A stretch of 52,215 bases of DNA, taken from IMG/VR virus record IMGVR_UViG_3300027987_000273, positions 1 to 52,215 of that record, one strand, 5' to 3'. The notes beneath the pieces were generated by a model, which saw only the letters and a list, made by a program, of their open reading frames with translations, did no database searches and was not told the origin of the DNA. The stretch's first letter is position 1. Each line of letters begins with the position of its first letter. The translations under genes were made by a program, and so were the position numbers. Shown one piece after another: positions 35,130 to 44,211 of this stretch. Source of the DNA: a virus (Duplodnaviria; Caudoviricetes).

Positions 35130-36251
35130 CTAGACCGTGAACGTGAAGGCGTCTCCTCGGATGACCTGGCTGGACGTCGGAACCAGGTCGGCGATGGGCT
35201 GGGCCCCGCCCGGGTTCGTGGTGATGGTGTCGAACGTGACCTCCAGGATGTCGTCCGGGGCCACCGCGATGATCGCGGCGATGACGCTGTCGAGATACAT
35301 GGTCTCGCCGACCTTGAGCTTCGACAGGCGGTTCGTCACAGCGTCGGAGAGCAGGCTGGAGAAGGCCGCCACGTCGTAGCCCTCGCGGACCACCAGGGTA
35401 AAGTCCATCGAGACAGCGAGCTGGACGCCGCCGACGACCACGACGGTCGACCCGGCACACCGCCAGTCCTCGAGCTCGGCCACGACGTCGGAGATCATCT
35501 GGAGGGTGGAGTTACCATCCTCATCGGACACGCGGACCGTAGCGATCCCCGAGATGACGTCCTCGACCGCCTTGGCCACCCGGACGCTGTCCACCGTGAG
35601 GGCGCCGAACTCCAGCGATGCCAGGGTTCCCCGGCGCAGGGTGAGGAAAAAGTTACGCGCCCTCGTCCGGAGGGCCTCGTCGCTCTCCTCGTCGTTGCCA
35701 CCGCCAGCCCTGGCGGGATTGGTTACCGCGAAGGTCGAGTCGAATCCCGGGACGTCCAGGATCTGGACGATGGAGTCGGCCTCCACGTTCCCGTCGCGCC
35801 CCTCGAGGACCGCTGTCACCTGGACGGTCTTCGGCCCGAGCTCGCCCAGGCCCCAGACGACGTCCGCGTCCGTCGTGAACTGAATCTGCTCGCCATCGGC
35901 GTCGAAGTCGGTGGCGACGATGGTCCCGGTCGGGATGACGCCAGCGGGTTCCCCGCCGCCCTGGGATGGCCGGGTGAACTCGACCTGGGCCTGGGCCTGG
36001 GTCGCCGGGTTGCGCTGGATGTTGTAGTGGTCGTCCACCAGGGTGGTGAGCTCGTCGCCCACTGCGCCGTCGATGAACGTGGCCTTGAAGGCCTGGGCGG
36101 AGAACCGGATGGCCGCGTCGTTCATGGCTGCGGCGCCGTGAATCTGGGCCTGGGCGATGTCGCCGTCGAAGAACTGGAGGCGCGGTCGGAGAGCCTGGGC
36201 CTGAGCGATGCCCTGGTCGACTAGGTCCTCGAATGATGGTGCGACTGGCAT
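35130..36251 (-). CDS. Baseplate J-like protein
   Basis: IPTGT, A...G..GNV, NP..A.GG.DEESDEALR.R, RGT. Confidence 0.9.
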   Translation of the reverse strand: MPVAPSFEDLVDQGIAQAQALRPRLQFFDGDIAQAQIHGAAAMNDAAIRFSAQAFKATFIDGAVGDELTTLVDDHYNIQRNPATQAQAQVEFTRPSQGGGEPAGVIPTGTIVATDFDADGEQIQFTTDADVVWGLGELGPKTVQVTAVLEGRDGNVEADSIVQILDVPGFDSTFAVTNPARAGGGNDEESDEALRTRARNFFLTLRRGTLASLEFGALTVDSVRVAKAVEDVISGIATVRVSDEDGNSTLQMISDVVAELEDWRCAGSTVVVVGGVQLAVSMDFTLVVREGYDVAAFSSLLSDAVTNRLSKLKVGETMYLDSVIAAIIAVAPDDILEVTFDTITTNPGGAQPIADLVPTSSQVIRGDAFTFTV

Positions 36252-36731
36252 CTAACTCACCTCCACGGCCGCCCTCACGGCCTCGTGTTGCAGTTCCCGC
36301 CCGGTCGGGATGACTGTCACCGCGATGCGCACGGAGTCGGACAGGATCTCGACGAACACCTCCTTGACGTCCTCGATCCTGGGGTCGCGCAGGAGCTGCC
36401 CCCGGATGCGCTCCTTGAGCTCGTCGCGGGCCGACGCTGTGTTCCTGTTCTTCACGAACAGGCGCGCACCGACGCCGTAATCGGGCAGGGTGGCCCATTC
36501 GCCTGGGTCCGTGATGATGGTGCGGATGATCCACTGGCGCAGCGCCACGAACCCCTCGGCGACCTTCCAGTCCCCCGCCGGGGTGACCACGTAATCCGCG
36601 CCATCGCCCTGGACCACGTCGAACCAGATGTCGAGGCCTCGGAGCCGGTCGATCTGGAGCTGGGCCTCCGAGCCACCAGCGACCGAGCCACCGACGGAGG
36701 GGGAGATGGTCCACGGCCCGAGGGAACTCAT
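36252..36731 (-). CDS. gp25/gpW-like baseplate protein
   Basis: LRQ.I...I.T.PGE....PDYGVG...DPRI. Confidence 0.85.
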   Translation of the reverse strand: MSSLGPWTISPSVGGSVAGGSEAQLQIDRLRGLDIWFDVVQGDGADYVVTPAGDWKVAEGFVALRQWIIRTIITDPGEWATLPDYGVGARLFVKNRNTASARDELKERIRGQLLRDPRIEDVKEVFVEILSDSVRIAVTVIPTGRELQHEAVRAAVEVS

Positions 36732-38110
36732 GGCAGGGCCCCCAGGTTCCCGTTATCGTCGAGCTTGTACACGAAGATCTCCTCCACCGTTGCGGGCCAT
36801 CCTCCCACAGGGACCACCGAGAACGCGAACCCGTTAGCGATCGGGTTCTTGCCACTCGAGGGGCTGTCGAACGGGGCGACGAACTTGGACCCGTCGTGGA
36901 CGACCAGGGTCTGGCCGGAGTAGGGGATCCCGTAGCGGAGGGTCACGATGACCATCTGAACGCCTGGGTCGACGTCGACGACGTCGAACGTGATGGGCGT
37001 GTCCTGGGCGATGACCCCGGGGAACGCGGGGGAGACGTTCTGGACGACCGGAGGATTCGTGTCCAGGGCAATCCCGGTGAGCCCCAGGGACAGGACCTCG
37101 ATGGAGTCCACCGGCGCGTCGGCCTTCGCGCTGTAGACGCTGAGACCGTCCAGGAAGACCTCCACAGGGTCGCTCTCGACGAACGCCTGGGCTGTCGGGT
37201 TGACCACTGCGCTCTCCGCGAACGCCTCCACGGGGTCGCTCTCGATGAACGCCTGGGCGCTGGGGTTCACCGCCGGAGCGTCGGTGTAGGCCTCGCCGCT
37301 GTCGGGATTGTCGACGTGGTCGGTCCCGAAAAACGTGTAGCCCTGGGGGAACAGCTCGAGCTCGCGGACCGTGTCCTCGCTGTCCGTGAGCCCCGTGGGG
37401 AGCGGCGCGTCGTTGTTGTTCGACGTTCGGTCCAGGACGGTCGCCCCCGAGGCCGAAGGGAACAGGCGCTGGCCTGGCCGCCCTGTCAGCCAGTTCCCGA
37501 CCAGGTTGGCCGCGGTTGGGTCCTGCTCGACGAGATAGTTATTGGCAATCTCCGTGCCAGTTCGCAGGTCCGACCAGAGGCGCACGTCGGCCAGGGCGTA
37601 GCCCTTGAGCTCCTCGACCCCGGTGGCATCGTTGAGCCCGCCGAGGACCAGGTCGCCGTCGCTGTCGAACGTCCCGGCCAGGAGGTTCTCGGTGATGGCT
37701 GAACCGTTCCCCTGGGACACGCTGTCGAGGAACAGCTCCATCTGGGTCCCTGCGGCGCCAGCGGAGCCGTCGAACGTGATGGCGACGTGGTGCCACTCGT
37801 CGGCGTTGTCGGTCGTGAGACCCGTCCACTCGCGCTCGTGGAACGTCCCGCCGCTGGTCTCGTACACTGCCAGCTTGATGGAGTCGCCGTTCGTCTCGTT
37901 GAACCGGACGAGCCACTGGAAGTTCGTCGAGTGGTCCTTCCCGACGATGACCCGGTCCGTGTTGCCACTGTGGGAGCCCACCTTCCGCAGCCAGAACTCG
38001 ACCGTGAAGTCCCCGGTCAGGCTGATGGACGCCGCGTCGGGCACACGTGGAGCCCTCGGATCCGTCGGATCCTGCTGGTCGTTCGGGTATAGGAGGCTCC
38101 ACTGGGACAT
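36728..38110 (-). CDS. LamG/concanavalin-like domain virion protein
   Basis: FTVEFW, WHHVAITFD, LADVRLW, LVGNW; Ig-like C-terminus. Confidence 0.8.
   Translation of the reverse strand: MSQWSLLYPNDQQDPTDPRAPRVPDAASISLTGDFTVEFWLRKVGSHSGNTDRVIVGKDHSTNFQWLVRFNETNGDSIKLAVYETSGGTFHEREWTGLTTDNADEWHHVAITFDGSAGAAGTQMELFLDSVSQGNGSAITENLLAGTFDSDGDLVLGGLNDATGVEELKGYALADVRLWSDLRTGTEIANNYLVEQDPTAANLVGNWLTGRPGQRLFPSASGATVLDRTSNNNDAPLPTGLTDSEDTVRELELFPQGYTFFGTDHVDNPDSGEAYTDAPAVNPSAQAFIESDPVEAFAESAVVNPTAQAFVESDPVEVFLDGLSVYSAKADAPVDSIEVLSLGLTGIALDTNPPVVQNVSPAFPGVIAQDTPITFDVVDVDPGVQMVIVTLRYGIPYSGQTLVVHDGSKFVAPFDSPSSGKNPIANGFAFSVVPVGGWPATVEEIFVYKLDDNGNLGALP
37159..37271. repeat. Intragenic tandem duplication, 66-bp period
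   Basis: Encodes VNP(S/T)AQAF(I/V)ESDPVE twice. Confidence 0.8.
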
Positions 38111-38111
38111 G

Positions 38112-39503
38112 TCAGAAGTCGAACTCGGGGACCGAGGCGCCGTCCCAGGGGACGATAACGTCGCCGAAGCAGATGAACTGTTTCGAGCCGTCCTCGGGGA
38201 ACGTGGTCCCGTGCTGGACGCCGTCGTGGGTAAACCAGATATCTTTCAGCTCCCCGATGCGCGCCTGGGCCAGGGGGAGCGCTGTGTCGATCTGAAGACC
38301 GATCCGATAGAGGGGCTGATTCCCGGTGACGGAGTTCCGTTGTGGGACGTTCTGGCCGCTCGCCGCAGAGATGAACCCCTCCGCTGTCCAGTAGGCCTGG
38401 GCCAGCTGCCAGGGCCTTGTCGGGAACCGGGTCGAGTTGACCTCTGGAACCCGCGCCGCGCGTACGTCGTTCAGGTTCCCGAACTGCGGAACCGGAGCCG
38501 TAAGGCTCTGGGCACTCATGACCCCGGCGACGTAGGGGTATGAGCCCAGGCCGACGGGGTTCTTGACCTCCTCGTCGAACAGGAAAAACTGTGTGATCCC
38601 GTTCGTCCCCATGAACAGGCGGGTGTGCTTCCCATCGCTCGACATCATGAGATGGAGGATGCTGTTTCTGAGGGGCTGGCTCTGGGCCTCGTTCGTGTAC
38701 CAGTACTGACCACCGGAGAGTCGCCCTTCTTCGTCACCGAACCCGAACGTCTGGGCGTCGGTCCCGTCTGGCCGGATGTAGTTCGGCGTAAACGGGACGT
38801 CGGTCTGGGCCTGAAGATTCGCGCGGAGCGCTGGGGTGAGGATGCCGCTCGGGATCACTCGGACCTGCATCCGGTCCGCGCGAGAGGACGTGCTCTCACC
38901 GCGGAACACGAACGTCGTCCCAGTCACCGGGTTGCGGAGAACCTTACAGAACGGGCTGTCATCTGTGGTCTGGCCGAAGTCCAGGTTCGCGGTGTCCGAC
39001 AGGTCAGTGATTCGGTCTACTCCGTCGTCCGCCGCCGCCGCTCCTGCGCTGCGATAGTCCGTGTAAGCCGTGACCCAAGGGTTCGAGAACCCAGCGAACC
39101 CGATGACCTTGACCGAGCCCGCCATCGCCTCGGCCGCTGCGCTGGCGTTGACATAGTGGAGCTCATAGACGCCGCCACCGGAGTCGACCTGGTCGGTGAT
39201 GGCGAAGTCGCCATTATTGGCCGCCGTCGTGGAGCCGCGCAGCTGGATAGTCTTCCCGACGAGGTTTCCGACCTTCGTGGGGTCCAGTGACGTGTCTCCG
39301 GGGTTGAACGAGTAGGTCGACCCGGAGACGTTCGCGATGGTGCCAGTGCCGAAGGAGTGGGTCCCAGGGACCACGTCCTCTAGCAGCTGGAACATGCGGA
39401 CCAGGAGGTTCGCGATCGACTCGCCCAGGTTCGTCACCCCGACGCTCGGCACGTTGACAGCGAATTCCCAAGTCTTCTCTAGTGTCGGCAGTACACTCGG
39501 CAT
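38112..39503 (-). CDS. Putative receptor-binding/virion protein, paralog A
   Basis: LEKTW..AVN start; TFP.DGSKQ...PWDG end. Confidence 0.7.
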   Translation of the reverse strand: MPSVLPTLEKTWEFAVNVPSVGVTNLGESIANLLVRMFQLLEDVVPGTHSFGTGTIANVSGSTYSFNPGDTSLDPTKVGNLVGKTIQLRGSTTAANNGDFAITDQVDSGGGVYELHYVNASAAAEAMAGSVKVIGFAGFSNPWVTAYTDYRSAGAAAADDGVDRITDLSDTANLDFGQTTDDSPFCKVLRNPVTGTTFVFRGESTSSRADRMQVRVIPSGILTPALRANLQAQTDVPFTPNYIRPDGTDAQTFGFGDEEGRLSGGQYWYTNEAQSQPLRNSILHLMMSSDGKHTRLFMGTNGITQFFLFDEEVKNPVGLGSYPYVAGVMSAQSLTAPVPQFGNLNDVRAARVPEVNSTRFPTRPWQLAQAYWTAEGFISAASGQNVPQRNSVTGNQPLYRIGLQIDTALPLAQARIGELKDIWFTHDGVQHGTTFPEDGSKQFICFGDVIVPWDGASVPEFDF

Positions 39504-39504
39504 A

Positions 39505-40857
39505 TCAGTCTCCGTCCCTCTGTCTGTATCGAGTCCCGTCCCATGGGAGGGCCATGGCGTTCAATTTGACCCACTGCTTCGAGCCGTCGGCCGGGAAAGT
39601 CGCTCCGTTCACGACCGGCATATTGCTCTGATCGGTCACCCACCAGAAGTCCGCCAGGCGCCCGATCCGCCCCTTTACCTGCGAGCCGTTCACGAAAAGG
39701 CTGTTCGGATAGAAGGCGTATTCCCCCGACGGAACGTCGGGCAGGAGGTAAAGCTGGCCCATGGCCGACGAAACCGCGAACGGTGCCGTGAGATAGGCGC
39801 GCTCCAAGAACGGACCCCCTGCCACCGCGCCCAGGTCGAAGGCGTGACAGAGCCGATTAATATCGTTCCAGGACCCGTGAGAGAATGGCGTGTCGAAACT
39901 CGTGGCCGCCCACAGCATGACTTGGAGCGTCCCATCCATCGGGTAGGTTCCGTCTGTGTCGTCCACCGGATCGACAATCTCCTTGTCGATGAAGCACCAT
40001 TCTAGAATCCCTTCGCGTCCGCCCCAGAAATGCGTGTCCTTGCCATCCGTCGAGATTTGCAGATGGAGAAACCACTCCGTCAGGGCATAGACGACCGTTG
40101 ACGAACTCCACGTGTTTGCCGTGTCTGCCAGGAATAGGGTCTCGGTCGGGGCTGTGGGGCGAACGTTGAGAGCGCCACCGGTAAAACCGCCGTTAACGCT
40201 GAAGTAGAGTAAATTGCGAACGTGCTGCTGAGCGCTGTCGTTCGAGTTGAAGTACATGAGGAACTGTGTCCCCGTGACCTCGTTTTCCCAGACAACCCAG
40301 CCATCTGTGAACGTGTGGGTGATGTCGCTCTCGACCACCAGCCTGTCGATGAGGTCGCCCGCTGTCCCGACGCCCTTGGTAGACGTCGCGCAGTAGCTGA
40401 CGCGCCACGGGCTCCGGCCGTTCGGGCAGTTCGGAAACGAGCCCTTGAGAAGGCGCATCGAGCCCGCGTGGGCCTCAGCGACGCCCGAGCCGTTCGTGTA
40501 CTCACACCAGAGGCCCGACGGGTCCACCGCCGTGATGGGGAAGTATCCGTCGTTTCCGCCGCTGGTGGCGCCCTGGAAGTTTATGGTCCGCCCGACGTCG
40601 GCCGGGATGAACAGACCATTGCGGAACTCGGTCCAGTTCCGGTTCGCCACGGGCTGCGCCGCGCTGAGGGTGTACCGGAACGTCCCCCCGCCCTGGTCGG
40701 TGAAGGTGCCCTGATAGTCCCCGAGGACCTTGTCCTGGAGGATGTAGTGGAAGGCCAGCTGGAGCTCCCTGGCCGCGAGCTCCTGGTTCGAGCTGGTGAG
40801 GTACACCAGGTTATTCACTGCATGGTCCCAGGTCTTCTCAAGGGCTGGCACGGTCAT
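39505..40857 (-). CDS. Putative receptor-binding/virion protein, paralog B
   Basis: Same terminal motifs as paralog A. Confidence 0.7.
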   Translation of the reverse strand: MTVPALEKTWDHAVNNLVYLTSSNQELAARELQLAFHYILQDKVLGDYQGTFTDQGGGTFRYTLSAAQPVANRNWTEFRNGLFIPADVGRTINFQGATSGGNDGYFPITAVDPSGLWCEYTNGSGVAEAHAGSMRLLKGSFPNCPNGRSPWRVSYCATSTKGVGTAGDLIDRLVVESDITHTFTDGWVVWENEVTGTQFLMYFNSNDSAQQHVRNLLYFSVNGGFTGGALNVRPTAPTETLFLADTANTWSSSTVVYALTEWFLHLQISTDGKDTHFWGGREGILEWCFIDKEIVDPVDDTDGTYPMDGTLQVMLWAATSFDTPFSHGSWNDINRLCHAFDLGAVAGGPFLERAYLTAPFAVSSAMGQLYLLPDVPSGEYAFYPNSLFVNGSQVKGRIGRLADFWWVTDQSNMPVVNGATFPADGSKQWVKLNAMALPWDGTRYRQRDGD

Positions 40858-40888
40858 CGGTGGCTCCTACAGTATCCGGTTCGTCGAT

Positions 40889-41446
40889 TCATTTCGCCTC
40901 CAGGACGGTCGTTCCTGTGATGGCCGCGTTCGGGGTCGTGGTGACGCCGCCACCGCCTGGCGCCGTGTGGACATGCGCCTCGAACTCGCTTTTCTTGACC
41001 AGGGGCTCCGTCCCTCCGTCGCCATCGTGGACCAGGACCTTCCCGTCGGCGATGACGGTCACGTTCTCGGCCAGGCCCGCAGGGACCTCGCCCGTCGAGC
41101 AGACCGCGACGATGATGGGCATCCAGTCGATCTCGCCATCCGGGACCACCACCGCGACCTCGTCCCCCGGATTGGGGATGGTCCAGGCGCCCCGCTTCGC
41201 TCCCCCAGTGCCGCCCAGGCGACAGGTCACGTCGAAGTCCCTGGGCTCGAGGAGCACGTCCACCAGGATGTCGATGGAGCCGTTCTCGCTGATAATCTCG
41301 AAGTGTTTCGAGGCCCCCTCGGGGACATAGACCCGGCCGAACCTGGTGAACAGCCGAGAGTCCTGGAGGACCGCCCGGAGGTCAGTCAGGTCGAGGCGCT
41401 TCGCCCCGCCGCGTCTCCGGCGCAATGGACGGCTGATCTGGGTCAT
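40889..41446 (-). CDS. Baseplate spike (gpV/gp45-like)
   Basis: P..GDEV.V...G OB-fold motif; HVH...T..P tip motif. Confidence 0.8.
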   Translation of the reverse strand: MTQISRPLRRRRGGAKRLDLTDLRAVLQDSRLFTRFGRVYVPEGASKHFEIISENGSIDILVDVLLEPRDFDVTCRLGGTGGAKRGAWTIPNPGDEVAVVVPDGEIDWMPIIVAVCSTGEVPAGLAENVTVIADGKVLVHDGDGGTEPLVKKSEFEAHVHTAPGGGGVTTTPNAAITGTTVLEAK

Positions 41447-43083
41447 GCGCCGCCTCCGTGCTGCTTGCGGAAGGCCTCCTCCTGGGCCTTAGACGGGCCC
41501 AGCTGGGTCCCGTCCTTCTTCGTCTTCCGCTTCTCCTTCCGGGCCTTCTTCGAGGTCGCGTCCCGCTGGTCGCCGATGACCACGAAGTCGAGGGCCTGGA
41601 GCTCGATGGACACGCCGCTGTCCACGTCGTAGTCGTAGGTCGCGTCCCGGACGCGGAGAGGGCGTTTCAGGGCCTGGAGCTGCTTGTACTTCTCGGCGAT
41701 GACCCGGGCGATGGTGGACCCGTAGCCCCTCGAGACCAGGTGATTGTATTTCTCCTCCACGCCGATGTCGTCGTCGGAGAGGAGCGCGCGGTCGATGTTG
41801 AACTCCTTGAAGTCGATGGACAGCGAGTCGCCTGCGCGGACGTCCATCAGGTCGCGGTCGTCGATGTCGGACAGGTCCTCGGTCGACACGGTCACCGTGC
41901 GCTCGGCCTTCCCGAACTGATTGTGGAGCTGCTCGGCGATGTTCTGGAGGACTGCGCGATCGGTCACCCCGAACACCGGGATGATCATATACTCCTCCTG
42001 CTTGCGGATGTTTTGGGCCTTGTCGGCCTTCTTCTTCCGCTTCGGCTTCGTGCTGAACCGTGTGGTCGTGGTGTCCTTCTTCTTGTTCCGGGCGTTGATC
42101 TGCTTGATGCCCTCGTAGGTGCCCCGGGGGTAATCGACCGTGATGGGCTCGCGGAGGCCTGGGTCGTAGGCGCGGACCACGATCTTCGGCGCCGACTCCT
42201 TGCCCATGTGGCGCGTCATCTGGAGGGCCGCGACGTTCTTCCCGACGACCAGGGTCCGGGCCCGTCGCTCCCTGTTCTCGCCCAGGTTCTGCGCCCTGGT
42301 CAGGACGACGCTCAATCCGCGCACGAACAGGATGAACCCGTAGCGGGTCGCGAGCTTGTAGAGGACGTCCCAGTAGCTGGTGTCCTCCTCGATGGGGATG
42401 CCCCGCTTGTTGTTCCGTCGCTCGCGGACGATGGGCATGTCCGCTTTACTCACGTTCTCGAGGACCAGCTTCAGACGCCCCGTCTCGTCGGCCTCGTCGA
42501 GGATGGACGCGAGGAGCTCGTCGAGCTTGCGGCCCACTGGGATGCGCCTGGCGCGCCCTCTGGACGTCGGAGGCCACTGGCGTTGCATGAGGAGCGCGGT
42601 GTAGTCCTGGCCGGAGATGGTCACCCAGCGACCGCCCTCGTCCGCGGAGAGATCGATGTCGTCGATGAGCCCCGCCACCATGGGCTCATTGCCCTGGGTG
42701 AACCGCTCAATCGACCCGGCGCCCGCCTCCTCGAGGACCGCCTGGGTCGCCGACCGGTCGACCTGCTCCGGTGGGGCGTCGAGGGTCGCGAACTGCTTGT
42801 CGATGAGCCTGTCGTCGGTGGGGAGCCCCTTCTGCGACGCGAACAGGAAGATCTCCGCCGCCCCCGCCCGGATGAGGGCTGGGTCGATGGGGAGGTCCTC
42901 GCCGTCGAACGTCATCTCCCAGGAGTCGGCCTGATTGTAGGCGTTCAGATGAACCGTGAGGCTCCTGGGGAGAACCGGAAACACCTGGGGGGGCGTGTCG
43001 GTCTCGGGCCCGCCGAACCCGTCGAAGACCAGGGAGACGATGGCCCTGGCCTGGGGGTAATACATGCGCCCATCGGGGGCCAT
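41443..43083 (-). CDS. Baseplate hub (gpD/gp44-like)
   Basis: ISGQDYT, SYWDVL..LA..YG; position between LysM gene and spike. Confidence 0.75.
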   Translation of the reverse strand: MAPDGRMYYPQARAIVSLVFDGFGGPETDTPPQVFPVLPRSLTVHLNAYNQADSWEMTFDGEDLPIDPALIRAGAAEIFLFASQKGLPTDDRLIDKQFATLDAPPEQVDRSATQAVLEEAGAGSIERFTQGNEPMVAGLIDDIDLSADEGGRWVTISGQDYTALLMQRQWPPTSRGRARRIPVGRKLDELLASILDEADETGRLKLVLENVSKADMPIVRERRNNKRGIPIEEDTSYWDVLYKLATRYGFILFVRGLSVVLTRAQNLGENRERRARTLVVGKNVAALQMTRHMGKESAPKIVVRAYDPGLREPITVDYPRGTYEGIKQINARNKKKDTTTTRFSTKPKRKKKADKAQNIRKQEEYMIIPVFGVTDRAVLQNIAEQLHNQFGKAERTVTVSTEDLSDIDDRDLMDVRAGDSLSIDFKEFNIDRALLSDDDIGVEEKYNHLVSRGYGSTIARVIAEKYKQLQALKRPLRVRDATYDYDVDSGVSIELQALDFVVIGDQRDATSKKARKEKRKTKKDGTQLGPSKAQEEAFRKQHGGGA

Positions 43084-44211
43084 CTAGCCGGTCCCCTTCT
43101 CCGGGATGATGAGGAGCTCGTTCCCGGTGAGCTCGAAGCTGGTGAGGTTGTTGCGGTCGTAGATGAGCCCCCAGCTGTGGGGCGTGCCATAGAACCGCCT
43201 CGAGATCTGGTACAGGCTCTCGCCCGCCTGGGGACGGTAGAGGCGCCGCGCGTCGGGCTTCGCGCGCTCGTCCATGCCATCGCCCGCAGCCTTTCCGATG
43301 CCCGTCAGGAGCCGCCCCTGGAACCGGAGGGTCCGAGACCAGTCCTCGAAGTCGAGGACGGAGAGGGCCGTCTTCACGCCCAGGGAGACGTCGGAGCGGA
43401 CCATGATCAGCTTATCGACGATGTCGAAGGCGCCGTTCCCCACGGTCCTGAACTGTGTGGCCAGGCGCTGAAACGGCGACACAGACGACAGGGCGCCGTC
43501 CACGACCCCGAGCTCCTGCTGGTCCAGCGTGTCGCCCAGGTTGTCCCGGGACTGCGACAGGGCCGCGAGGAGGGCCTTCGTCTCGTCCAGCGCAGGGTCC
43601 GACATCGAGTGTTCCAGCATCCCGGCCGACTTGAGCTTGACCTCCGCCGTCTCCAGGGCCGCCTCGATGATGTCGTTAATCTTATCGAACTGCTCCGACG
43701 GGGTCGGCGTCGTCTCCGGCGACCGTGTGCGCAGGTTGAAGGCGTTCGTCCGGTCGAAGACCTCGCAGACGAACTCATAATCGATATGCCAGCGCCGACG
43801 GTAGGGGAAGTCCCAGTCGACGATCAGGGCCTCGAAGGTCTGCTCCTGGAAGGCGATCCGGACCAGGTTCCCCCGGAAGCACATCTCCTCGAACCGGCGC
43901 ATCTCCTGGACCGCGTAGCCCCCGAAGTTGTAGCGGTCGTCCCAGCGCCCTCGGAACCGGTGCTGCTTGTGTTTCGGGCCCAGGACCTGGATGGAGGGGG
44001 TCTTCGCCCCCATGTAATCCGTCCGCTTGTGGCGCATCTCGCCGCCCATGGTCCAGGCGCCCTTCGGCGTCGCCCTGGCGCCCCCGAGCTCGCTGATGGC
44101 AGTCGGATTGCTGGTCCACTCGAACCGCGCAGGGGTGCCGCCATCGGGCCGCTCGGTGGTCCTGGCGCCGATGCGCCCGAGCTCCTGGATGGTGAACGTC
44201 CCCTCGGCCAT
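43084..44211 (-). CDS. Tail tube initiator with C-terminal LysM
   Basis: GESLYQISRRFYG...W..IY..N...G..LIIP. Confidence 0.8.
   Translation of the reverse strand: MAEGTFTIQELGRIGARTTERPDGGTPARFEWTSNPTAISELGGARATPKGAWTMGGEMRHKRTDYMGAKTPSIQVLGPKHKQHRFRGRWDDRYNFGGYAVQEMRRFEEMCFRGNLVRIAFQEQTFEALIVDWDFPYRRRWHIDYEFVCEVFDRTNAFNLRTRSPETTPTPSEQFDKINDIIEAALETAEVKLKSAGMLEHSMSDPALDETKALLAALSQSRDNLGDTLDQQELGVVDGALSSVSPFQRLATQFRTVGNGAFDIVDKLIMVRSDVSLGVKTALSVLDFEDWSRTLRFQGRLLTGIGKAAGDGMDERAKPDARRLYRPQAGESLYQISRRFYGTPHSWGLIYDRNNLTSFELTGNELLIIPEKGTG

Noticed and set aside
38112-40857. Diversity-generating retroelement TR/VR pair
   Set aside because: Similarity is only at protein-motif level, there is no adenine-specific near-identical repeat, and no reverse transcriptase is present
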